Source: Phycisphaerales bacterium
Lineage (GTDB): Bacteria > Planctomycetota > Phycisphaerae > Phycisphaerales > UBA1924
Direction of reading: 5' to 3'
Assembly: GCA_052168195.1 (NCBI GenBank)
Contig: JBQLZI010000001.1
Span: forward strand, 1 to 46,708
DNA: 46,708 bases
The translations under genes were made by a program, and so were the position numbers. Below, piece by piece: positions 10,904 through 20,847 of the stretch. The notes under the pieces are model-generated. The model was not told the origin of the DNA, made no database searches, and saw nothing but the letters and a program-made list of their open reading frames with translations. The first letter of the stretch is position 1. Each line of letters starts with the position of its first letter.

Positions 10904-11431
10904 ATGAAACTCGCCGACTTCATGCATGCCTTCTCCATCACGCCCCAGCAGCTCCGAACGATGCTGGGCGTGAAGAGCCGCAGCACGGTCCTGCGGTACA
11001 TTAGCGGTGAACGCCTGCCCACGCCTGACCTCATGCGGCGCATCGAGGAGCTCAGCGGGGGCGCGGTCACCCTCGACGACTTCATCGACCCTGAACCGCC
11101 CAAGTGCGTCCGCGTCGTTATCGACCGGCAAGGGAACGAGCACACCGTATACCCCTGGACCGTGCTCGAAACGCGCCCGAAACGACGCATCGCCGCCAAC
11201 GACAACCGCCCGCCGCGACCCAAGGCGGAGAAGGCCGACGACTGGCCGTCGCCCCCTCTTCGTCGGGCGCTCGACATCCTCGGCTCGCGCGCCCGGCTCT
11301 CCACACGAGGAGGATTCCTGCTCGACGGTCGACTGACCGACACTCGGAGCGTGATCCGCGCGGCCAACGCCGTCCTGCGATCTCGGAATCAGCCCCCGAT
11401 CGCCTACCCGGGCGTGGAGCCGCTGGAATGA
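10904..11431 (+). CDS. Cro/YdaS-like HTH DNA-binding protein
   Basis: ITPQQLRTMLGVKSRSTVLRYISGERLP is an HTH motif. It is divergent from the ImmA gene across a ~90-bp intergenic region. Confidence 0.7.
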   Translation: MKLADFMHAFSITPQQLRTMLGVKSRSTVLRYISGERLPTPDLMRRIEELSGGAVTLDDFIDPEPPKCVRVVIDRQGNEHTVYPWTVLETRPKRRIAANDNRPPRPKAEKADDWPSPPLRRALDILGSRARLSTRGGFLLDGRLTDTRSVIRAANAVLRSRNQPPIAYPGVEPLE

Positions 11432-11934
11432 GCGGCGCGCGGATTCCGCGCCACGGCGCCCGTGCAACGTGGGGGCCGGTCGCCGGTGGCGGGTTGACAT
11501 CCGACCCTGAGCGCGCGCGTCATGGGACCGAGGAAGACCCCCTCGGTGAGCACGCGCGATCGCTCGCCGGGCTGCCGCGACTGCTGACCACCGCGGAAGC
11601 CGCGAGGGCGCTGCGCGTGCACCGCAACACGCTCCACCGCGAACGCGTCGCCGGCCGGCTCGGCTGCGTGCGGCTGGGACGGCGCGTCTTCCACACGGCG
11701 GAGCAGCTCCGCCGTTACCTCGACAACCGAGTGAACCAAGGAGACAACGACGGATGTTCTACGAACCGGTGTGGGAGTACGAGGGATTCACGCTCGTCAA
11801 GCGGCCCGACTCCCCCAACTACTTCATCTACTGGCGTCCCGCCCGATCCCGCCGCGCAGTGCGCGAGAGCACGCGCACGAAGGATCTTGACCAGGCCAAG
11901 CGCCTCTTGGTCGAGTACGCCCGCGAGCGACTGA
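11428..11934 (+). CDS. Excisionase-family HTH protein (xis-like); the 3' tail overlaps integrase 2
   Basis: ATGA overlap with the upstream stop. LLTTAEAARALRVHRNTLHRERVAGRLGCVRLGRRVFHTAEQLRRYL is an excisionase-type HTH. There is no in-frame stop until 11934, 181 nt into int2. Confidence 0.5.
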   Translation: MSGARIPRHGARATWGPVAGGGLTSDPERARHGTEEDPLGEHARSLAGLPRLLTTAEAARALRVHRNTLHRERVAGRLGCVRLGRRVFHTAEQLRRYLDNRVNQGDNDGCSTNRCGSTRDSRSSSGPTPPTTSSTGVPPDPAAQCARARARRILTRPSASWSSTPASD

Positions 11935-12932
11935 AGCCGACCAAGCGTTCCGCCGAGCGCGTGCCGCTGCTCGACGTTCTCGTTGATTACATCGAAAGCA
12001 AATCGGTTGGGACAAAACCCTTTCGACCCGCCTCGCTCTCGGTTCTGAAGCATGTGAGCGCCTTCATCGAGATCGACTCGGTCGAGTCGGTCGCCGACTT
12101 CGGTCTTGACGCGCAGCGCCGCTACATCGAGTGGCGACGGCGGACGCTGCTCGCGCAAGGATTCACCGCGTCCAACGCGACGATGAACCGCGAGCTGGGC
12201 GTCGTGAAAGCCGCGATGCGGTCGTCGTGGAAACGCGGCCTGATCGAGAGCGTGCCGCATGTGGAGATGCTCCCCAACCCGCCCCCACGCGACCGGTTCC
12301 TGCGCGTGCACGAGGTGCGGCGGCTGCTCTCCGAGTGCCATCTCCCCCACCTGCGGCTGTATGTGATGCTGGCGCTCCACACACTCCAGCGCCCCATCGG
12401 GATCTTCTCGCTGCGCGTCGAGCAGGTGGACCTCGACTGGGCGCGGATCGACTTCCTGCCCCCGGGATCGATCCAGTCGAACAAGCGGCGGCCGGTCGTG
12501 CCCATCACGCCGAGTCTGCGTCCGTACCTCGAAGACGCGATCGCTCATTCGGAAACGGGCTATATCCTGGAGAAGGACGGCCGCCCGGTGCGGAGCGTCA
12601 AGAAGGCCTTCCGCGCCGCGTGCGAGCGAGCGGGCATCGACGATTGCACGCCGTACACGCTGCGCCACACCGGCGCGACGCTCATGGCCGCGGCGGGCGT
12701 GCCGCTCCGCCAGATCGCGGGAATGCTCGGGCACTCCGAGCAACGCACGACCGAGATCTACGCGAAGCACCACCCCGACTTCCTACTCGACGCGGCGCGC
12801 ACCATCGAGACGTTGTTCGGGGAATCTCCGCCCGGGGCGCTTCCGTCGATGGAAGCGCATCATCTGACCCGACAGCTCACGCACGAGGCGCCGCGTTTCG
12901 CGGCGGCGCCACCCGCGAACGACATTCGCTGA
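11754..12932 (+). CDS. int: Tyrosine recombinase / integrase 2
   Basis: 392 aa. HTLQRPIG (Arg box), TPYTLRHTGAT (HxxR) and LGHSEQRTTEIYAKH (catalytic Tyr). Confidence 0.9.
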   Translation: MFYEPVWEYEGFTLVKRPDSPNYFIYWRPARSRRAVRESTRTKDLDQAKRLLVEYARERLKPTKRSAERVPLLDVLVDYIESKSVGTKPFRPASLSVLKHVSAFIEIDSVESVADFGLDAQRRYIEWRRRTLLAQGFTASNATMNRELGVVKAAMRSSWKRGLIESVPHVEMLPNPPPRDRFLRVHEVRRLLSECHLPHLRLYVMLALHTLQRPIGIFSLRVEQVDLDWARIDFLPPGSIQSNKRRPVVPITPSLRPYLEDAIAHSETGYILEKDGRPVRSVKKAFRAACERAGIDDCTPYTLRHTGATLMAAAGVPLRQIAGMLGHSEQRTTEIYAKHHPDFLLDAARTIETLFGESPPGALPSMEAHHLTRQLTHEAPRFAAAPPANDIR

Positions 12933-12939
12933 TCACGCC

Positions 12940-13773
12940 TTAGACTGTCGCGACCTCGTCGGCGGTGACACCTGCGATGATATCGGCTGCGACTCGCTGG
13001 ATGTGCGAGAGCGACTCGGCGAGCGTCGCGGCGTCGCCGCGGTAGAGCCGGATGTAGTCGGTCGACGCGTCCCGCGCATCGACGCCGACGGCGCGGCAGA
13101 CCGCGTAGGCGACGGCCTCGGCCTCGGTCTCAACGATGGTCTTCGTGAGCTCCTTGCGGCGCTCGTCGCGGTGGAGGAGTTCGTGGGCGAGCTCGTGGGC
13201 CAGCGTTGCGAACTGCTCGGCGGGCTTCGAAGCCAGGTCCAGCGCGAGCTTGATTGTGCCGCCGCAGGAAAGGCCGAAGGAGCCGCCGGGCATATCGGCG
13301 TACTCAAGCGCGATTCCCTTCTCGGCGACGAGCGAGCGAAGGCGGTCGAGCGCACGAAGCGCGAAGGCGTCGCCTTGAGGGCGCGCGAGGTCGGGCAGCG
13401 GCTCGCCTTCGGTCTGCGCAACATCGAAGACGTAGACAGCGCGGAAACGAAGGATGAAGTCGTCGTCGACGAGCGCACCGCTCGCCGTCTCCTTCGCGGA
13501 GCGCTTCTTGAGTCGCATGGGCGCGAAGATGACGATGCCCTTCTCGCCTTTCTTGACGAAGCGGCCCATGGATCGCCACGCGTGGAAGCCCGCGACGCGT
13601 GTGGCGTCGGGGCGCTGGGTGAGGATGAGCATGAGGTTGGTGGCCGAGTAGCGGTGGAAACGCGCCATGGTGTCTAAGAAGGCGGTGAGCCGGTCGCTGT
13701 TGCCTTGCGCAAGGGCGTTGGCGAGGTCATCAAGTGCCTGATCGGCAAGTTGCTTGGCGTCGGATGCGTTCAT
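12940..13773 (-). CDS. ardC: ArdC-like antirestriction protein (ssDNA-binding N-domain plus metalloprotease domain)
   Basis: The internal ATG at 13773 is preceded by GGAGG. FHRYSATNLMLILTQ and GFHAWRSMGRFVKKGEKGIVIFAP form the ArdC N-domain. AHELAHELLH is an HEXXH motif. Confidence 0.85.
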   Translation of the reverse strand: MNASDAKQLADQALDDLANALAQGNSDRLTAFLDTMARFHRYSATNLMLILTQRPDATRVAGFHAWRSMGRFVKKGEKGIVIFAPMRLKKRSAKETASGALVDDDFILRFRAVYVFDVAQTEGEPLPDLARPQGDAFALRALDRLRSLVAEKGIALEYADMPGGSFGLSCGGTIKLALDLASKPAEQFATLAHELAHELLHRDERRKELTKTIVETEAEAVAYAVCRAVGVDARDASTDYIRLYRGDAATLAESLSHIQRVAADIIAGVTADEVATV

Positions 13774-14090
13774 CGGAGTCCTCCTTTCGTGAGGGGTTGG
13801 TGGTCCTTCACCCGACAGGGGGACCACCAAGCACGAACAAGGAGGACGGAGAGACAGCGCGACGCGAGAGCGCACGAGCACCGCTCGATGCGCGGGGACG
13901 CAGCGCACACCGCCGGGGACGCTGGGGACGATCAAGCGGATGAGCTCAGGATGTCATGGGGACAATGGATGCCGTGGCCGGGGACGGCGTCGGAAGCGGA
14001 TTCAGGGCCCGTTCCGCGCCAAAACCGCGCCAGAATCGTCTGAGTATGTGGGTATGGATCTCTGGAAGCCGCGGATGGCTTGGGGTCTGA

Positions 14091-14135
14091 TGGTGCTGCC
14101 GAGAAGGATTGAACTTCCGACCTCTCCCTTACCAA
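14091..14135 (-). other. Orphan tRNA 3'-half-like fragment with encoded CCA (att-like remnant)
   Basis: The minus strand reads ...AGGTC-GGAAG-TTCAATC-CTTCT-CGGCAGC-A-CCA: a canonical T arm, an acceptor 3' strand, a discriminator and CCA. No matching 5' acceptor strand or anticodon stem lies upstream. Confidence 0.6.
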
Positions 14136-14238
14136 CCCACCAAGACCGGCTGAAACCCTCGGTTTTCCTGCACTTCAGCGCATCCGTACGCACCCTGTTG
14201 CTGCGTTTGCACCCCGTCGCTGCGCCAGTTCGCGCCAG

Positions 14239-16995
14239 CTAGGCCATCTCAACCCAACCAAGCAATCCTATTGCATAACCACGGTTCGAACGTGAAATTC
14301 CACGATGGACAAGCTCTCGCTCAAGAGCCGGCTCTATGTGCTGATGAAAGACTTGTTTTCTCAGTTCAGCACTCATCACCGAAACATCCTGACTCCGCTT
14401 GAAGACTTCAGCGTAGAGCTTCTCACAGCTAGGGACGCGCTTGCCGCTCGCGTCAATAGCAATCGGCACGATCTGACGGATTGAGTTAGCGCCGTCTTCA
14501 AAGGCCTCAATCATCCATATCGTAAGAACACCTTCGAAGTCGCCTCGAGCAATGGAGCCAATCTCTTCTGGCGGTATCGCTTTCCACCGATCAATGAGCT
14601 TCCGCAACTCTGGATGATCAAGCCCCCACAACGACAGCGATTCGTCTGCCTGCACTTTCTCGCGGTCGAGTGAATAAGTTGTCTGAGCACGCCCTTCACC
14701 CAATTCGATCCGAAAAGCTCCCCCCGGCTCCAATTTGAAGCTGCCGCCATCAGCGATGCAAGCCGTCCGCGTAAACGCTTCGATCCTCAGCTTACTGTTG
14801 TCCAAGTTTGCGAATGGCTTGTAGTCGTCAAGACTGAAGCGGTCCAAGTCCTGGAACAACTCGAAGACAACTTGCCGAGCCTCGTTCGCGTTCGATATTG
14901 CCGCCTCAAGTTCTTCCCGTGTCCGCTTCAGCTCGGGATCAGAAAGCGCGTCCCGATAAAGCTGGTCATAGCTAAGGCGATCAGACAACTGCCCCAGTAT
15001 CTGAACTTTTAGATCTTCTGTCACATTGCCATGTTCATCGATTTTTCCCAACGTTCGCGCAATTTCGGACAGTTTCTCGGTGAGAAGTAGAAATATCTTG
15101 CCTTCGATCGTGTCCGACAACACGAGATTGTAGACTTGTGCCGTATCTTTCTGACCGTAGCGGTGAATACGACCGATCCGCTGCTCGACATCCATCGGGT
15201 TCCAAGGCAGATCGAAGTTGAAGAGCACGCGTGCAAATTGGAGATTGATGCCTTCACGTCCGGCCGCAGTGCACACCATGACACGAGGTCCATCGGCGCG
15301 ACGGAATTTCTTCTCGGCGGCGAGCTTCGTACCGTGATCACCGCCGCGGAGGACAACTACGCCTTGGCCGGGATAGGCCACTTCGATCTCCTTCGACAGC
15401 AGGTCAACGGTCGCTAGATAGGTCGCGAAGATAACCACCTTCTCGTGCGGGTTCTGTCGCCAAAGAGCACCCAGTCCACGTAGCAGCTTATCGACCTTGG
15501 TCTCGCGCTCCTTGGGGTATGCCGCCAGAAGTTCGGCGATCCGCATCCGCTCCTCGGGCAATGAAAGCGAAACGCTAATCGCGGCGAGATTCTCGCCTTC
15601 CGCCGTCGTGGCTTCTTCGCTCTCCGAAGACGCCGCGAGAGCAAGTTGGTCTTCGTCGAGTTTGCGGATCAGGCGGAGCTTAAGGTCAGCGAGTATGCGA
15701 TCCACCTCGCCACGCCCGGCTTGATCCTGCGTCAGCCCTGTCTCCTGATGGATGAGTTGCCGCGCCTCTTCGAGTAATCTGGTATGTCCATCGATATCGA
15801 GTTCTTGATCCTTCAGAATCGCCTCGTGGATGGTGAGCATCAGCTGGCGGCGGCGGAGTGTGCTTCTCACCGCCGCGAAGCTCGATGCGGCGATCTTCTG
15901 GAAGATCGTCATTACGAAGCCGAGCGCCCGACCTTGATTGCCCTGCTTCTTGGCGAGGTCGAATCCGTCCTGCAAATACTCGCGGAGCTTCGTGTAGAAC
16001 TCACGCTCCGGCTCTGACATGGTAAACGACTCGGTATGAACCCATCGCCGAGCAAAGAGTGGTGAGCCGTCGGGCGTGCACGCGTCTGCTTTAGTGCGGC
16101 GAAAGACTACGCTGTTGAGGCGGTGCCGCTCCTCGACCATCTCATCGGCATCGCCGAAGAGCGTTGGGTTAAGCAGCTGAACGAGCATCCAGAAGCGGAA
16201 ATGATCGCCCTGGTGAGGCGTCGCGGAAAGGAGGAGCAGGTCGCGGGCGTGGTCACGCATCGCTTCCGCAAGCTTATAGTTTTCGGTCTTTCGCACCTTG
16301 CCGCCGCTCTTGTAGGCGGACAAGTGGTGTGCCTCGTCGAATACAACCAGGTCCCACTTGGGCGCGTCGAGGATGCGGCGCACGCGGGTACGACGCTTAA
16401 GGGTGTCGACGCTCGCGATAAGTCGATCGTGTTTGGCGAACGCGTTTGACTTGCGGTCGGTCACGTCACCAGAGCTGCCAAAGACCTCGAAGTCGAGGTT
16501 GAACACCTCGTTCAACTCGCGGTGCCAGTTGTTGACCAGCCCTGCGGGCACGATCATCAGCGCTCGGTTGAGCTCGCCTCGGCTAGCTAACTCCCTGAGA
16601 ATCAAAGCTGTTTCGATTGTCTTGCCAAGGCCTACCTCGTCAGCGATTAGGAATCGCCTGGGCGAAGCCGTCGCGATTCGGTGCGTCAGAACTACTTGGT
16701 GAGGAAGCAGGTCAATCCGGGCCGCGGTGAGCGCGGCGGCGTTCTCCATGAGTGGAAGTGCGTGAGCCTCCACGTGCAGCCACGCGCGACGCAGTCGGTC
16801 ATCGCCACCGGCAACGTTCTCCAGAATTCGATCCACCCGGCTGCGAGACGTGGCCACCGTCGCGGCATCAACACGGCGCTCGCCTGATGGAAAAAAGACT
16901 CGCAAATAACCATCGGAGCCAATTCCGACGACAACACCTTCGCCAAAACTAGCATGCGTCACACGCTCGCCGGGTTGAAACTGGACCTGAGGCAT
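14239..16995 (-). CDS. SNF2-family helicase (BrxHII-like)
   Basis: LLPHQ, ADEVGLGKT (motif I), FDEAHHLS (motif II) and WNPMDVEQRIGRIHRYGQ (motif VI). The ATG at 16995 lies 2 nt after the upstream stop. Confidence 0.9.
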   Translation of the reverse strand: MPQVQFQPGERVTHASFGEGVVVGIGSDGYLRVFFPSGERRVDAATVATSRSRVDRILENVAGGDDRLRRAWLHVEAHALPLMENAAALTAARIDLLPHQVVLTHRIATASPRRFLIADEVGLGKTIETALILRELASRGELNRALMIVPAGLVNNWHRELNEVFNLDFEVFGSSGDVTDRKSNAFAKHDRLIASVDTLKRRTRVRRILDAPKWDLVVFDEAHHLSAYKSGGKVRKTENYKLAEAMRDHARDLLLLSATPHQGDHFRFWMLVQLLNPTLFGDADEMVEERHRLNSVVFRRTKADACTPDGSPLFARRWVHTESFTMSEPEREFYTKLREYLQDGFDLAKKQGNQGRALGFVMTIFQKIAASSFAAVRSTLRRRQLMLTIHEAILKDQELDIDGHTRLLEEARQLIHQETGLTQDQAGRGEVDRILADLKLRLIRKLDEDQLALAASSESEEATTAEGENLAAISVSLSLPEERMRIAELLAAYPKERETKVDKLLRGLGALWRQNPHEKVVIFATYLATVDLLSKEIEVAYPGQGVVVLRGGDHGTKLAAEKKFRRADGPRVMVCTAAGREGINLQFARVLFNFDLPWNPMDVEQRIGRIHRYGQKDTAQVYNLVLSDTIEGKIFLLLTEKLSEIARTLGKIDEHGNVTEDLKVQILGQLSDRLSYDQLYRDALSDPELKRTREELEAAISNANEARQVVFELFQDLDRFSLDDYKPFANLDNSKLRIEAFTRTACIADGGSFKLEPGGAFRIELGEGRAQTTYSLDREKVQADESLSLWGLDHPELRKLIDRWKAIPPEEIGSIARGDFEGVLTIWMIEAFEDGANSIRQIVPIAIDASGKRVPSCEKLYAEVFKRSQDVSVMSAELRKQVFHQHIEPALERELVHRGISRSNRGYAIGLLGWVEMA

Positions 16996-16997
16996 GC

Positions 16998-17519
16998 TCA
17001 ACTGATCCTCGGGTGATGCAGACCGACCCAGTGCTTCCCGTCGTAGTCGGCGGTAGACTCCTGCGTGTTCATGAGCCGCTCGATCTCGTTCTCTGCCCCA
17101 GACCAGAGCAGCTGGCCAATATGCAGGCCGTCTTCTCCCGAGCCTCGATGCTTGTAATGGTACGTCTCGCTCGCGCCGCGCATGGTGATTCGGTTGCGAC
17201 CGGACGGGAGCCAGAAGACCAACCCAGCTTGTCCTTCGTAGAACGCTTGGAACGAAAGGATTGCGGGCCGCAGGTCTTCGGTCAGCCAGCGCTCGGCATC
17301 CGGGCCGTCAAGGACATCGAGACAGCCCTCGACGCCGGCGACGACAATGGTGTCGCCGCCCGCCACCGGCAGGGCGTCGGGCCAGTGATCGACCATTGCA
17401 AACAACTGTCGAATTGATGCGACTTCGAGCGGGTCCGCGATGGATGCCATTGTCTCGGCATCCCAAAGCAGCGAGAACCCTTTGCGCGACCAACTTTCAT
17501 TGAACCGCGTACGCACCAT
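16998..17519 (-). CDS. Small accessory protein, in the position of DUF3780 in DUF499/DUF1156 systems
   Basis: 173 aa. The ATG at 17519 overlaps the methylase stop (TGATG). I cannot confirm family membership from motifs, so the name rests on synteny only. Confidence 0.6.
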   Translation of the reverse strand: MVRTRFNESWSRKGFSLLWDAETMASIADPLEVASIRQLFAMVDHWPDALPVAGGDTIVVAGVEGCLDVLDGPDAERWLTEDLRPAILSFQAFYEGQAGLVFWLPSGRNRITMRGASETYHYKHRGSGEDGLHIGQLLWSGAENEIERLMNTQESTADYDGKHWVGLHHPRIS

Positions 17520-20500
17520 CAATCGTCCTCCCCGAGTGCGTCGAAGAGCGTCAGTTCCTTGGCCTTCGGCTGGTTCTTCGCCTCCCACGCCTTGTAGAGC
17601 TGTGACGCCGTCACGGCGGCATTGCGCGTGGGAGAGTTCGCGCCGTGAGTCTTGAACCACATCAGGATCGCGCCCAGCGCTGGATGCGGGCGGAAGTTCG
17701 GGTTGTTCAGTGTGTCGTTGACGTTGATGCCACTGTTTTCAGAACACGCCCCAATAAAGAACATGGCTTGGTCGTAGTCGCTGGTCATGCCGCGGCGCTG
17801 CTTGCCGACCCAGCCCTGCGCGATCTCCAGCGGCGGGACGAGGTAGAAGACCTTCTTTTTCTCGGTTACCCAGCCGCGGCTCTCAAAGTCTGAAGGGGCG
17901 CTGCCGGTGCCGCGGAGGAACTTCTGCATCTGGTCGCGCGGCAGCTCGTCTTTACCATCGAACAGACGGAGCAGCATCCGCGTGAAGGGCTCGGCGTTGT
18001 GCGGCGGAGGCTCCCTCACGCCACCCGCCTCTTCGTCGAGGAGCTGATTCACGCCGAGCAGGGCTTCGAGGACGGACATCGGCGTGTCCTGGTCCTTGTA
18101 GACCTTGCCGTAGTGACGAGAGAAGTGTTCAAGTGCTTTGCCGCGTCGGATCACTTGGAGGTCGGCTTCGGGCAGACCGTCCTCTTGGTGATGCTCAAGC
18201 AGCACCTGGAGATCGCGAACATCTTGAAGCACTTGGCGGCGGAGCTTCGCCCAAGAGATCGGTTTGGGATCCTCTGTCCGCTGGCGGCAGACGTGGATGA
18301 TGTCGTACTCGATCATCTTTGAGCCGAATTGCCCCGTACCTTTAGTCTCGTCGCTCCGGATCGGGTAGGTCGCTTGGAGGTAGAAGCCCGCGTCGAACAG
18401 CGACTCAAGCACCGAGACCCAGGGTGCGTCCTCGCTGTGGTGGAAAGTAAACGAGAGCACGCCCCCGGGCTTGAGGATCCGCTTGGCCTCCTGCCAGCAT
18501 GCTGTGAGCAGCCGCTGGTAGAAAGTGTCGGCGTTGCTCCTGCCCGTCTCGGGGTCGTCGCCGGGGTGACGAGCGCGGTTGGCAACAGCCTCCATTGTTT
18601 TGGGCGTGTACTCGGCCTCGAAGTATTCTGGATACCTGTCCTTCAGAGCGAGCCTGAGCCAGACGTAGAAGAAGTCTGCGAGTTCCGAATAGTGAAGTAG
18701 CCCGCCGAAAGGCGGATCGGTGATGACCGCGTCGTAGGAGCCATCGGGGATGGTCTCTAGCTCGGTGGATGTGCCACAGGTCAGTCGCTCAGACGATGAC
18801 AGGCAGGCGAGCGATTCGTTGTAGGTCAGCGGATCGTGGCACAGCACCTTCTCACTATTGCCAGAAACATACTCGGCGAGATGCGGAAAGCTAGAACCCA
18901 GACTTCCGTTGTGCACGGTTTCCCAAGGATCGCTCGTCCAATCTAAGGCAGCGAACATATTGCTGTACTGCGACTGCCAGTTGCCCCGTCCGAGATCCGC
19001 GAATACGCAGTTTTCCACCATCGTGGCCTTTGGGTGGTAATTATTGTTGCTCATATGTGGTACGAGCTTGTCGTAGCCGGTATCCCAGATACAGAACAGA
19101 TTCTGGTTACGTAGATACTGCTGGAACGCGCCCAACACGAACTCAACGACAGCCGTGTCCTTTCGGGCTGCGAGCTCGCGCAATAGTGTCGCGTGGATGA
19201 TCAATTGCCGCGAATTGAACATCTTCCACCAGTGCGTGAAGCCGTGGGCCTTTCGGATGTCGCCGTTCGCCATCCCGGTCATGAAGCCGAACGGCACTTC
19301 GCTGGTGGGCCAGAAGCCGACAAGATCGGCGTCTTTGCGATCCTGCCACTCCTGAAGTGACGCGTCATACTCGCGCGTGTCGCGCACCGGCGCGAAGAAG
19401 CGACCGTTGTACGCTTCGTCGTTGACCTTGCACTCAGGACAGAAGCCCTGCACGGCATACATCGCGATCGGGCCGTTCTTCTGAGTTGCTGCAATCGCCT
19501 CACGGATGTCGTCGGCCTTGCCGCATGCCGCGCACGCGAAAGTGCTCTTGCCGGGCACGGTGCCGCCCTCTTTGCCGGTTTTGATGATGGTGCCGTCGGC
19601 GACATTGATCTCCTCGGGCAACGTACCGCGCACCTCAACCAGCTTGCAGGTCGCCGCGCGTGCCTGATTCCATCGAACAGTGGCCTCTACGGGATCGTCG
19701 GCGCTCCCGCCGTAGGGATGGCCATCACCATCTATCGATGACTCACCCTTGAGCCAATCCGGGTGGACGAGCAGTGAGAGCTCGATCTTCTTCTTGACGG
19801 GCTTGCCAAGCGAGCCGAAGCGCTCATCCTTGCCGCAATGCGGGCAGGTCGCGGATTCGGGGTTGCCGGCCATGTTGAGATTGGCGATGGAGTAAGACTT
19901 CTCTGTGTCGGCGACGACCAGTTCGACGCCGGGCGCCATGCGGGCCTCGCGTTCTTCGAGGTCGTACTTGCCGCTGCAGTGCTTGCAGGTGCGCTTCCAT
20001 GCCTTGATGGAGATCGTCTTCACCGCCATGACAGGCGATGACATGATCGGCGTGCGATGGCCGCAGTCTGTGACCTGGCACGGCCCGTGCTTGGCCCAGA
20101 AGGTGTAGATGACCTCGGGGCCTTCGTAGCGGTAGTGCTTCCGCTTTTCGGGCGTGAGGGCGAGCGGGTCGAAGTCTTCGCCCATGAGCTGGTCGCCCTT
20201 GGGGCCCGCGCCGATCTTGTACCACTGACCTTTGTGCCCGCGTGGGCAGTCGCAGGCGTAGAACGGCATGATCTGTGGCTTGACGTCCGCCTCGATGTCG
20301 GCCAGCAGCTTCTCGACCTCGGCCTTGTCGACCTGGGCGAGCTCGTTCTTCACGACGAACCACGCGACCGGGTTGAGGTCGTTGCCGTACATCTGCATGC
20401 CGAGGCGCGAGCCCTCGACGACGGTGGTGCCGCCGCCCATGAAGATGTCGGCGACCTTGAGGTGCCTAAAGGTGCCCTTCTTCTGGTGGTTGCCGTAGTA

Positions 20501-20845
20501 GACATCCCAGACGAGCTTGGCGGCCTCGGCGGGGTCGTCTGGGGCTTTGATGGCGGCGGCGAGCAGCATTGAGCGGAACACGCTGCTGCGCCGGCGCGCC
20601 CACCACTTGGACATCTGGTAGATGGGCTTGCCCGCGTTGCCCTCGATGGCCGCGATCTGGTTGATGGGGATGATCGGAAAGTCGACCTCAAGGCAGGTCA
20701 GCGGGCGGCTGGGGTCGGAGAAGTCGACGGTCTCCAGATCCCACGCCTTGCCCGCGTTCACGGCCTTGGCGACTTCCCGCGCGACCCACTCAGACTTGGT
20801 CAGACCTTCGTCCTTCCATGGCTGCTCTTTCGCCGTCGTGGCCAT
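17519..20845 (-). CDS. DUF1156-type DNA methyltransferase with Zn-ribbons (PglXI-like, N6-A/N4-C class)
   Basis: The internal ATG at 20845 lies 2 nt after the PglZ stop. YQMSKWWARRRSSVFRSMLLAAA is the DUF1156 hallmark. FMGGGTTVVEGSRLG is the AdoMet motif I and ITDPPFG is motif IV. There are several CxxC pairs (CKHCSG, CPHCGK, CAACGK, CPECK). Confidence 0.9.
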   Translation of the reverse strand: MATTAKEQPWKDEGLTKSEWVAREVAKAVNAGKAWDLETVDFSDPSRPLTCLEVDFPIIPINQIAAIEGNAGKPIYQMSKWWARRRSSVFRSMLLAAAIKAPDDPAEAAKLVWDVYYGNHQKKGTFRHLKVADIFMGGGTTVVEGSRLGMQMYGNDLNPVAWFVVKNELAQVDKAEVEKLLADIEADVKPQIMPFYACDCPRGHKGQWYKIGAGPKGDQLMGEDFDPLALTPEKRKHYRYEGPEVIYTFWAKHGPCQVTDCGHRTPIMSSPVMAVKTISIKAWKRTCKHCSGKYDLEEREARMAPGVELVVADTEKSYSIANLNMAGNPESATCPHCGKDERFGSLGKPVKKKIELSLLVHPDWLKGESSIDGDGHPYGGSADDPVEATVRWNQARAATCKLVEVRGTLPEEINVADGTIIKTGKEGGTVPGKSTFACAACGKADDIREAIAATQKNGPIAMYAVQGFCPECKVNDEAYNGRFFAPVRDTREYDASLQEWQDRKDADLVGFWPTSEVPFGFMTGMANGDIRKAHGFTHWWKMFNSRQLIIHATLLRELAARKDTAVVEFVLGAFQQYLRNQNLFCIWDTGYDKLVPHMSNNNYHPKATMVENCVFADLGRGNWQSQYSNMFAALDWTSDPWETVHNGSLGSSFPHLAEYVSGNSEKVLCHDPLTYNESLACLSSSERLTCGTSTELETIPDGSYDAVITDPPFGGLLHYSELADFFYVWLRLALKDRYPEYFEAEYTPKTMEAVANRARHPGDDPETGRSNADTFYQRLLTACWQEAKRILKPGGVLSFTFHHSEDAPWVSVLESLFDAGFYLQATYPIRSDETKGTGQFGSKMIEYDIIHVCRQRTEDPKPISWAKLRRQVLQDVRDLQVLLEHHQEDGLPEADLQVIRRGKALEHFSRHYGKVYKDQDTPMSVLEALLGVNQLLDEEAGGVREPPPHNAEPFTRMLLRLFDGKDELPRDQMQKFLRGTGSAPSDFESRGWVTEKKKVFYLVPPLEIAQGWVGKQRRGMTSDYDQAMFFIGACSENSGINVNDTLNNPNFRPHPALGAILMWFKTHGANSPTRNAAVTASQLYKAWEAKNQPKAKELTLFDALGEDD

Positions 20846-20847
20846 GA

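Noticed and set aside
14091-14175. A possible complete tRNA or tmRNA on the minus strand.
   Set aside because: Only the T arm, the acceptor 3' strand and CCA are present. No complementary GCUGCCG 5' strand and no anticodon stem could be folded, and the acceptor does not fit the tmRNA GGGGC... form.
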